Assembly: GCA_965248575.1 (NCBI GenBank)
Contig: CBDFJQ010000002.1
Span: forward strand, 2,592,001 to 2,656,000
DNA from: Planctomycetota bacterium
Lineage (GTDB): Bacteria > Planctomycetota > B15-G4
Reading direction: 5' to 3'
Length of the DNA stretch: 64,000 nt
The notes beneath the pieces are model-generated. The model searched no databases, was not told the DNA's origin, and saw only the letters and a program-made list of their open reading frames with translations. Positions within the stretch are counted from its first letter, which is position 1, and each line of letters opens with the position of its first letter. Shown here in pieces: positions 18,021 through 25,828 of the stretch. Made by a program: the position numbers and the translations under genes.

Positions 18021-20512
18021 TGCTGAACCGGGTCCTTGTCGCCTCCGCAGTCGGGCTGATCGCCATGGCCTGCAGCGATGCTCCTGAGCCAGCGCCTGCC
18101 TGGAGAGCTCCTGTGCGCTTGGCGAAGGACATCGTGGCAGAGCGCTCACCGGTCGTGCTGCGCCTGGCTGGGCCAGGGCTGGCGGAGCTCGAGTGGTTGG
18201 ACGCCGAGACAGGCGCGTTGCAGCGTGCCGGGTCGCCCAGCGCCACCAGTCAGCAGCACCTGCTGCATCTCTTCGAGCTGGGGGCCGGCGATTCGGTGTC
18301 CGTTCGCGCCCGCTTGGCCATGGCTGAAGAGCTGCGCAGCGCGGAGGCATGCAAGGGCTTGCAGCTGGTGCGCCTGGCCGTGCTCGCGGAGGGCGGCGAC
18401 GAACAGCACAGCCTCGACGCCTATCGCCTGGCTGGCGGGCTGCCACACCCCTCCGGCCGACGGGAACCCCTGGGCAAGGCGGCCTTGCGTGTCTCATCAG
18501 CAGGGCAACCCACCTCCTTCGCACGCTGGGCCTCGCCGCCCGCCGCCGATGGCTTCGCCGGCGCCCGCATCGTGTTGCCGGTCCATGAACAGCGCACCCT
18601 GTGGGCGGCCCTGCTTGCGGCCCCATCGGGCGCGGGTGAGCTCGAGCTGAATCAGTTGGAGGTGGTGCGCAAGCCGCTCTTCGAACGACTCGAGGACGGG
18701 CTGCAAGTCCCGGAGGGCTGGGCCACCACGGCCACGGCCGTGTGGTCCGAGTTGAAAGTAGGCAGCGAGGTTCGGGTGAGCCTCGTGGTCCCGCCGGGGG
18801 TGCCCGTGGCCTTGCCCGTGCCTCGCCCCGCGCCCGCCAGCCTGGAAGCTGCCGAACGCCTCAGCATGGGTGTGTGCGTCGCTCCCGGACAGACGCTCGG
18901 GGCCGTGGCTCGCTGGCGCGTCAGCCTCCGACGGGGTGCACCCCCCGAAGCCGTGCTGCTGGCCTCGGGCGAGCTGGTCGTCAGCGAGCGCGAACCCCTG
19001 CGCATCCATTTCCAGGACGTGGATCTGCCGCTGCCCGCCGCAGCCGGGTCAGCGGCCAGCCCGTGGACGGCGGGGGCGCCCCAGGACCAGCTGCTGTTCG
19101 AAGTACAGGGTGAGGCAAGGGTCGCCTTCGGAGCACCAGTCTTGCTGACCCCGGCACCGGCTCAGCGCCCACCGAACCTCTTGCTCGTCTCGCTCGACAC
19201 CCTGCGTGCCGACCGCCTCTCGTGCTACGGCTACGAGCGACCGACGAGCCCCCGGCTGGATGCCTTCGCGTCCCAGGCCATTCGCTTTGAAGACGCCCAG
19301 AGCGTCGCGCCCTACACCCTGCCGTCCCAGGTGTCCCTGCTCACGGGCCTGTTGCCGCTCAGCCACGGCGTCAACGATTCGGGGACGGACCGCCTCGATG
19401 CCGTGGCCGTTCCCTACCTGCCCAAGCTGCTGGCGGATTCGGGCTGGCTCACCGCCGCATTCACGGGCGGTGGCTATGTGTCTGCCGACTACGGCTTCGC
19501 GTCTGGCTTTGATCGCTTCTCGAGCATCGACCCCTTTCTTGCCGTGCCAGCGGTCCAGGCGCACTCGGGCACTGGAGCCGTCGGAAGTTGGATCGGACGA
19601 CACGCCGACGTGCCCTGGTTCCTCTTCCTGCACACCTTCGCCACCCACGATTACCGCCCCGAGGCCGAGGACTTCGAGCTCTTCGACACGCGCACGACCG
19701 ACCGACCGCTGACCTTCTTCCCGGGGCCGGACGGCCGCAAGGACCTGGCCCCCAGCCCCGAACAGCTGGAGGACATGAACAACCTCTATGACGCCTCCAT
19801 CCGTTCCGCCGACCGCACCATGGGTCGCTTGCTGGGGGGGCTCGAGCAGCAGGGCCTGCTGGACAACACGATCGTTGTGATCACCAGCGACCACGGTGAG
19901 GAGTTCGGCGAGCACGGCGGCATGCGTCACGCCCGCAACCTGCACCGGGAGATGCTGCACGTGCCGCTGATCGTGCGCCTGCCGAAGCCCGCAGGCTCGG
20001 AGAAGCGCACACCAGGGCGGGTGATCCGCGAGGTGGTCAGCACGACGGACCTCTACCCGACCCTCTTGGAGTTGCTGGGGGTGCCGCAACCCATCCAGGT
20101 CGATGGGCGCTCCCTCGCGTCGCTGCTGGCTCCGGAGGGTCTGCCGGGAGTCCCTCGCGATGCGAACGACGACACACCGGCTGAGCGCCCAGCGCCGATC
20201 CTGCTGGGCCATATCGACACGCACACCTCCCGTCGCTCCTCGCTGCAGGTGGGCGCACTCAAGGTCATTCGCGGTGACACTTCCAGTGCTGTCGAGTTTC
20301 CGGCGGCGTCGCCCTGGCAACTGTTCAATGTGCGCGACGACCCCGCTGAGCAACACGACCTGGCTCAACGGCAGAAAGAGGACCTGGACACGCTTCGCCA
20401 GCACCTGGAAACCCTCGAGGCTGGCCTGCGATCCCGGGCAGCGCCCGCATCCCTGGGGGCGTTGGACGAAGCCGTGCTCGAGCAGTTGCGTGCCCTGGGT
20501 TACGTCCGCTGA
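18020..20512 (+). CDS. Sulfatase-fold lipoprotein with Thr at the nucleophile position
   Basis: Lipobox IAMAC; LDTLRAD, PYTLPSQVSLLTG, SDHGEEF, HVPLI; ends LRALGYVR; TGATG overlap with glcF. Confidence 0.85.
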   Translation: MLNRVLVASAVGLIAMACSDAPEPAPAWRAPVRLAKDIVAERSPVVLRLAGPGLAELEWLDAETGALQRAGSPSATSQQHLLHLFELGAGDSVSVRARLAMAEELRSAEACKGLQLVRLAVLAEGGDEQHSLDAYRLAGGLPHPSGRREPLGKAALRVSSAGQPTSFARWASPPAADGFAGARIVLPVHEQRTLWAALLAAPSGAGELELNQLEVVRKPLFERLEDGLQVPEGWATTATAVWSELKVGSEVRVSLVVPPGVPVALPVPRPAPASLEAAERLSMGVCVAPGQTLGAVARWRVSLRRGAPPEAVLLASGELVVSEREPLRIHFQDVDLPLPAAAGSAASPWTAGAPQDQLLFEVQGEARVAFGAPVLLTPAPAQRPPNLLLVSLDTLRADRLSCYGYERPTSPRLDAFASQAIRFEDAQSVAPYTLPSQVSLLTGLLPLSHGVNDSGTDRLDAVAVPYLPKLLADSGWLTAAFTGGGYVSADYGFASGFDRFSSIDPFLAVPAVQAHSGTGAVGSWIGRHADVPWFLFLHTFATHDYRPEAEDFELFDTRTTDRPLTFFPGPDGRKDLAPSPEQLEDMNNLYDASIRSADRTMGRLLGGLEQQGLLDNTIVVITSDHGEEFGEHGGMRHARNLHREMLHVPLIVRLPKPAGSEKRTPGRVIREVVSTTDLYPTLLELLGVPQPIQVDGRSLASLLAPEGLPGVPRDANDDTPAERPAPILLGHIDTHTSRRSSLQVGALKVIRGDTSSAVEFPAASPWQLFNVRDDPAEQHDLAQRQKEDLDTLRQHLETLEAGLRSRAAPASLGALDEAVLEQLRALGYVR

Positions 20513-20551
20513 GGTGCCGCACGCGCGGCGCTGCAGCGAGCCGCGCTCAGC

Positions 20552-21919
20552 TCAACCATCCTGCGGAAGGACATCCGAGGCGGGGGCCGATTCGGCGAGC
20601 AGCTCCTCGATGATGGCCTCGAAGGAGGCGCGCAAGACGGCATGGGCTTCGCCGGTCGCCGGGCCCGAGAAGCCCTGATAGACAGCACGGATGCCGCCAT
20701 CGGCATGCAGGAAGATGGTCGTGGGGTAGGAGCGCACCTGATCCAGCAACGGAAAGCGCTTGGACGCCTCGGCCTTGTCCGAGAGCCCCGCCACCAGCAG
20801 CGGGTAGCTCACACCGTGCCGCTCGGCGTAAGCCAAGACGTGTTCGGCGTCTCGCCGAAAGTCGCCCGTCACCTCGAAGGCGAGGCCCAGCACGGAGAGC
20901 CCCTGGGGGCCGTAGCGTTCGTTCAACTCCACCATGTACTCGCTGGCGTCATGGCAGTTGGGGCACCAGCTCCCAAAGACCTGAAGGATGCGCGCTCGAC
21001 CGGCAAAGGCCGGGTCGTCGAGAGTCCGCACGACACCCGTGACATCCGGGTAGTGCAAATCCGCCAAGGGAGCCGCCCCCGTCCACTGGGTCAGCTGGAA
21101 GCCATCCGGCAGTCGGATGCCCTCGTCGCGCGTAGCCGTCCAGCTCTCGTGCCAGACATCCCGGGACCAGAAATCTCCGAGCAGGCTGCCGTCGTCCTGA
21201 AGGCGGGCCTCGAACAGGAAGGCGTGCGCACCGTCGAAGCACGACAGGCGGTAGACACCCTCGTCCAGCCCCCCTGCCAGGTAGCGGTAGTCACCCGTGG
21301 TGGTCAGGAAGGTGCCGCGCAAGCTGAGGCCGGTCTGCTCGAAGAGCCCCACGGCAGGCTGGGAGTCGCTTTCGAACGCTACTCGCCAACGGCCGGAGAC
21401 ATCGGCTGGCGGCACCTCCTCAGGATCTTCCAGCACGTCGACGGGCGCTGCCGGAGGGTGTGCTCGAAACACGAGCCGCGCAAAATCGTCTCGGCCCGTG
21501 CGCTTGGTCCACATGCCATCCAGGCGTAGGGCACCATCCACCTCGTGCAGGCTGGCCCCGATCCGGGAGTCGTAATGGGTGATCTCCAGGGTCAGACGGC
21601 GCCCTTCCCAGCGCACCACCGGGACGGCGATGCGCTCCTCGCCGTTGACGAACCAGGCACTCCAGCCATCCGCTCCCTGTTCCAGGGCCAGGCCGAAGGG
21701 CAGCGGGCCGCCAGGGCTCTGCAACTCCGCTGACCACAGACCGGGGGGCAGTTCAGGCGACGACATCGGAGTCTGCTCCTGGGTCTGTACTTGGGGCTGT
21801 CGTGGGGAAGGCTCCCGCGAGTGCGCCAAGGCGGGCGTCCGGGCCTGGATCGGTGCCATGACAGCGACCAAGGCGAGGCTCGCCAGGGTCAGAACACTGC
21901 GCGGCAGGCGTCGGCTCAA
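20552..21919 (-). CDS. Exported TlpA-like thiol:disulfide oxidoreductase with N-terminal beta-rich domains
   Basis: FGSWCPNC, SYPTTIF cis-Pro loop. Start placed at TTG 21919, overlapping the anti-sigma stop and giving a signal peptide. Confidence 0.8.
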   Translation of the reverse strand: MSRRLPRSVLTLASLALVAVMAPIQARTPALAHSREPSPRQPQVQTQEQTPMSSPELPPGLWSAELQSPGGPLPFGLALEQGADGWSAWFVNGEERIAVPVVRWEGRRLTLEITHYDSRIGASLHEVDGALRLDGMWTKRTGRDDFARLVFRAHPPAAPVDVLEDPEEVPPADVSGRWRVAFESDSQPAVGLFEQTGLSLRGTFLTTTGDYRYLAGGLDEGVYRLSCFDGAHAFLFEARLQDDGSLLGDFWSRDVWHESWTATRDEGIRLPDGFQLTQWTGAAPLADLHYPDVTGVVRTLDDPAFAGRARILQVFGSWCPNCHDASEYMVELNERYGPQGLSVLGLAFEVTGDFRRDAEHVLAYAERHGVSYPLLVAGLSDKAEASKRFPLLDQVRSYPTTIFLHADGGIRAVYQGFSGPATGEAHAVLRASFEAIIEELLAESAPASDVLPQDG

Positions 21920-22173
21920 GAGAGCTTCTTCCGAGCCTCGAGAATCGCCTTCAGGAGAGCTTGTGGCACCTCCTCGGGAACGTCTTGGTCGTCTCCGCCA
22001 CTGCGGCACGCCCGCTGCGCCAGCTCCACCGTCTGCTTGTAGGAATCCAGATAGCCCTCGCAGGGCGGGCAGAGGGCCATGTGCTGCTCGAAGACGTCGA
22101 CGACGTCCTGGGCCAGCTCCCCATCGAGGTAGGCCATCAGGAAGTCGATGAACTCCTTGCAGGTCATGTTCAC
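21916..22173 (-). CDS. Zinc-finger (zf-HC2/ZAS) anti-sigma factor, soluble
   Basis: TCKE...YLDGEL...HMALCPPC (HxxxCxxC); overlaps the sigma stop. Confidence 0.88.
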   Translation of the reverse strand: MNMTCKEFIDFLMAYLDGELAQDVVDVFEQHMALCPPCEGYLDSYKQTVELAQRACRSGGDDQDVPEEVPQALLKAILEARKKLS

Positions 22174-22787
22174 GACCCGGCCCCCTGCATGTGCGGATCG
22201 AGGATTTCCCGCAGCGCCAGGCGCGCGCGGTGCAATCGGGTCTTGGTGGCGTTCACGCTGATGTCCAGGAGTTCTGCCGTCTGTGCCGTGTCGAGCTGTT
22301 CGATGTCACGTAGGAGCAACACGTTTCGGTAGTTCTCGGGAAGGCGCTCGATCCCGTCGCGCACGGCCTGCCGCAACTCCTCCCGCATGACCACATCCTC
22401 GCCCCGCTCGGTCCAGGGCTCCCCCACGTCCACGCGGTGGCCATCCTCGATGTAGCGAGGCATGAGGTCTTCGATGGCCACCTCTTTCTGCCGGCTCTTC
22501 TTGCGCAGCCGCATGAGCGCCGCGTTGACGGTGATGCGATGCAACCAGGTGGAGAGCTTGGAGCCCCCTTCGAAGCGTTCGATGTTCTTGAAAGCCTGGA
22601 TGAAGGCTTCCTGGACTACATCTTCGGACTCGTCTTCGGTGCGCATGAAGCGCCGGGCGACCGCCAGCATGCGGCCGCCCAGCTCCTGGATCATGCGGAC
22701 GTACGCGCTCTCCTCACCTCGCTGGAGGGCCGCCACCAGGGCGCGTTCTTCTGATGCACTGTTGGGGGCGCTCTCGGAGGCCGCCAT
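22170..22787 (-). CDS. ECF-type RNA polymerase sigma-70 factor
   Basis: Region 2 (EDVVQEAF...STWLHRITVNAAL) and region 4 (LPENYR...TKTRLHRAR). Confidence 0.93.
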   Translation of the reverse strand: MAASESAPNSASEERALVAALQRGEESAYVRMIQELGGRMLAVARRFMRTEDESEDVVQEAFIQAFKNIERFEGGSKLSTWLHRITVNAALMRLRKKSRQKEVAIEDLMPRYIEDGHRVDVGEPWTERGEDVVMREELRQAVRDGIERLPENYRNVLLLRDIEQLDTAQTAELLDISVNATKTRLHRARLALREILDPHMQGAGS

Positions 22788-22829
22788 CAGGAATCCAGCC
22801 GTGAAGGCATCGCCGTTGGCAGGAGATCC

Positions 22830-24905
22830 TCAGGCATCCGGCGTCTCACCATCCAACCAACTCTGAAAGGACTCGAAGCCGTAATCCCGGCCCAGAAAGT
22901 CCTTCACGAGTTCTGCGGCGGGCAGGCTTCCACCCGGCTCGAGCACCTTCTGGCGGTACTCACGGGCCGTCTTGACGTTCGACACGCCTTCCTGCTGGAA
23001 GCGGCTGAACATGTCCTTGGCGATCACCTCGGACCACTTGTAGGTGTAGTAGATGGCCGAGTAGCCGTTGAGGTGGCCGAAGTTGCACTGGAAGTGCGCG
23101 CCGTCCACGTAGGCGAAGGGGCTGTACTTGGCCTGCAGCTCCTGAACCAGAGCGGTCGTGTCGAGGCCGTCGACATCGCGGCTGTAGCAGTTGAACGAGA
23201 GCGCCGCGTAGAACGCTTGCTGCGCCGTCCCGACACCCTTGCCGAAGTCTTCAGCGGCACGGATCTTCGCGATCAGCGCTTCGGGAATGGGCTCGCCCGT
23301 CTCGTAGTGCTTGGCGAAGGACTGCAAGGTCTTGGCGTCATAGAGCCACTCCTCCAGCATCTGCGACGGGGCTTCGACGAAGTCCCACTCGGTGCTGATG
23401 CCGGTGTTCATGGTCCAGCGACGATGGCCAGCAAAGATGGTGTGCAGCAGGTGACCGAACTCGTGGAAGAAGGTCGACACCTGGCCGAACTCCATCAGGG
23501 CCACACCGTCGGCGCTGTCCTTGGGGTTGGGGAAGTTGCAGACCAGGCTCGCCATGGGCAGGCGCTGACCCTTGACACCAGAGCGGTAGTCAAACTGCGC
23601 CGCGTGGCCGTACTTGTTGGGCCGCGGGTGCATGTCCAGGAAGAAGCGGCCCAGCTGCTCGTCCCCGTCGAAGACGTCCCAGGCGCTCACGTCCTCATGC
23701 CACAGCTCCAGCCCTTCCACGGCTTCGTAGCGGATGCCGAAAAGATGCCCGGTCACATCGAAGATGCCCGCGCGCACGTTCTCGTACTCGAAGTAGGGAC
23801 GGGCCGCCTGGCTGTCGAAGTCGTACTTCTGCGAGCGCACCTTCTCGGAGTAATAACCCTTCTCCCAGTCGGCGACGTCCTTCGCGGCGGGGAAATCCTG
23901 GCGCTTGGCTGCCACCAGCAGCGCGTAGTCGCTCTCGGCAGCCTTGCGGCTCACCTTGGCGATGCGGTTGATGAAGGCTTCGGCCTTCTCGGGCGAGCCC
24001 ACCATCTTGTCCTCGGTGACATAGGCGGCCCAGTTGGCGTAACCCAGCAGCTTGGCCTTCTCGTCGCGCTTGGCGATGAGGGTCTCCAGGACCTCGACGT
24101 TGTCGGGGTAACCGCGGTTGGTGTACTCCAGGTAGAACGCCTTCCGGCGCTCCGGCGACTTGGAGTACGTCATGAAGGGGATGTAGTCGGGGTAGGTCGT
24201 GTTGATGTGGATCTTGCCGTCATCCTGCACGGGGTGCGCGGCGATGTAGTCCGCCGGTAGGCCCTCCAGCTCGTCCGCGCTGTCCAGCAGGATCTCGCGC
24301 ACGTCCTCGTTGATGTTGCGGGAGAACTTCTGCCCCAGCTCCACGAGCTCGTTGTTGAGCGCTGAGATACGACCCTGGACTGCGTCCGACTTGTCCACGC
24401 CCGCGCGACGGTAGTCGTCGAGCTCTTTCTCCACGGCGAAGCGCGTGGCGGCGTCCTCGCCCGAGGCGTCGATGGCCGCGATGGCCTCGTACAGATCCCG
24501 GTCCAGACTCAGCTCCGTGTAGAAGGCGGAGATGGACTGACTGCCAGCAGCTGCCACCTCACGCACTTCGGCATCGGGATGCACCTCCTCGAACAGGTTG
24601 TTCTCGCTGGAGGCCGCATCGGTGTGCATATAGAGTTGGTTCAACAGCTCGAGGGTGTTCGCCACCGTACGCGGCCCCTCGACGGCGAGAATGGCTTCGC
24701 GCACGACGCGCGCGGCGGCCAGATGCTCGGTCGTGTCCGCCTTCAGCTGCTCGGCGGTGCGGTTGATCGGCACGTTCCCCAGCGCCCAGGTGTCTGGGTC
24801 GGAGGCTGCATCACCGCAACCACACAGGGAAGAGCAGGCTGCTGTCAGCGAGCCAAGGCAGACGGCCGCAGCCAGGGCGACAGTGGACAGGGAGACGCGG
24901 AACAT
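22830..24905 (-). CDS. M3A metallopeptidase (thimet oligopeptidase-like), predicted lipoprotein
   Basis: FHEFGH zinc motif, DFVEAPSQMLE, FGHLNGYSAIYY; lipobox LTAAC. Confidence 0.9.
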   Translation of the reverse strand: MFRVSLSTVALAAAVCLGSLTAACSSLCGCGDAASDPDTWALGNVPINRTAEQLKADTTEHLAAARVVREAILAVEGPRTVANTLELLNQLYMHTDAASSENNLFEEVHPDAEVREVAAAGSQSISAFYTELSLDRDLYEAIAAIDASGEDAATRFAVEKELDDYRRAGVDKSDAVQGRISALNNELVELGQKFSRNINEDVREILLDSADELEGLPADYIAAHPVQDDGKIHINTTYPDYIPFMTYSKSPERRKAFYLEYTNRGYPDNVEVLETLIAKRDEKAKLLGYANWAAYVTEDKMVGSPEKAEAFINRIAKVSRKAAESDYALLVAAKRQDFPAAKDVADWEKGYYSEKVRSQKYDFDSQAARPYFEYENVRAGIFDVTGHLFGIRYEAVEGLELWHEDVSAWDVFDGDEQLGRFFLDMHPRPNKYGHAAQFDYRSGVKGQRLPMASLVCNFPNPKDSADGVALMEFGQVSTFFHEFGHLLHTIFAGHRRWTMNTGISTEWDFVEAPSQMLEEWLYDAKTLQSFAKHYETGEPIPEALIAKIRAAEDFGKGVGTAQQAFYAALSFNCYSRDVDGLDTTALVQELQAKYSPFAYVDGAHFQCNFGHLNGYSAIYYTYKWSEVIAKDMFSRFQQEGVSNVKTAREYRQKVLEPGGSLPAAELVKDFLGRDYGFESFQSWLDGETPDA

Positions 24906-24911
24906 GGGTCG

Positions 24912-24944
24912 AACCTCTCTCGGGCTGGGAAGCGAGAGAGGTTA
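24912..24944 (-). promoter_or_regulatory. Perfect 11-bp inverted repeat covering the SD of the M3 peptidase gene and overlapping a TAACCT -10-like box
   Basis: aacctctctcg (24912-24922) / cgagagaggtt (24933-24943), 10-nt loop. Confidence 0.6.
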
Positions 24945-24973
24945 GCCGAAGCCCCTGGGCCCAGGAAAGCGGC

Positions 24974-25828
24974 CTATTCCCGACGCAGGCTGAGACCGCC
25001 CGAGGAGCGCAGCTCGATCAGATAGCTGCTTCCTGGACGCAGCTCGACGAAGGGTGCCTCGCCGTGGATGGCGCGCACACCGATGGCAGCCGCCTGCTCC
25101 GGGTCATTGGCATAATCCCAGAATCGTAACCAGAGGCGGCTGACGAGCTCCGGTGCCTGGTCGTCGGAGTAGGGCTGCGGCCGTTCCCCCACGCGATCGA
25201 GGGGGAAACCCTGCTCGGGGCTTTGCGTCTCGGAGAACAAACGCCGGAAGAAACAGATGGAGGAACCGCGCCAGACGTCCCCGCGCTCCACATAGTCATC
25301 GCTGAACTTGATGACCAGGGATTCGATGTAGGCCACCTTGCCCGGAAGCGTGTATTCCACGCTTTCGCCCAACAGATTGCCTTCGGGGTCCAGCTCCTCA
25401 AAGCGCACGCGTGTTTCATATTGACCTCCGGGCAACTGTCGCTGCTCCAGGACCGTCAAGCGTGCAATGCGATGGTCGATCTTGAGCAGATGCAGAGCGG
25501 TGTCGAGTTCCTCGATCTGGGCGTCACGCTCCTCCACATCGACCACCAGCTTCACGATGCGCCGATCCCTTTGCGCGACATCTTGCTTGAGGCCGCCGAT
25601 GTGCTCGTCCTGTTCTTGCACCTTTCCGTTGAGATCCTTGATGAGCGAATCGCGCTCAGCAACTTCCGCGCGGTGCCCATCCAGGAGATTGCCGGCCGTG
25701 TTGTAGCCCACCCAACCCAGGCCCACCAAAGCGGCCAGGACCACGGTCCTCAGGAGATAGTTCACTCGTCCGACTCCCTTGGCTTGTGTGCTCATCTCGA
25801 TGTTCCCGGGGCCGCGCTCAGCCGTCAT
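24974..25828 (-). CDS. Membrane-anchored coiled-coil hypothetical protein
   Basis: One TM helix, heptad coiled coil, globular C-domain. Start is ATG 25828 or 25795. Confidence 0.7.
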   Translation of the reverse strand: MTAERGPGNIEMSTQAKGVGRVNYLLRTVVLAALVGLGWVGYNTAGNLLDGHRAEVAERDSLIKDLNGKVQEQDEHIGGLKQDVAQRDRRIVKLVVDVEERDAQIEELDTALHLLKIDHRIARLTVLEQRQLPGGQYETRVRFEELDPEGNLLGESVEYTLPGKVAYIESLVIKFSDDYVERGDVWRGSSICFFRRLFSETQSPEQGFPLDRVGERPQPYSDDQAPELVSRLWLRFWDYANDPEQAAAIGVRAIHGEAPFVELRPGSSYLIELRSSGGLSLRRE

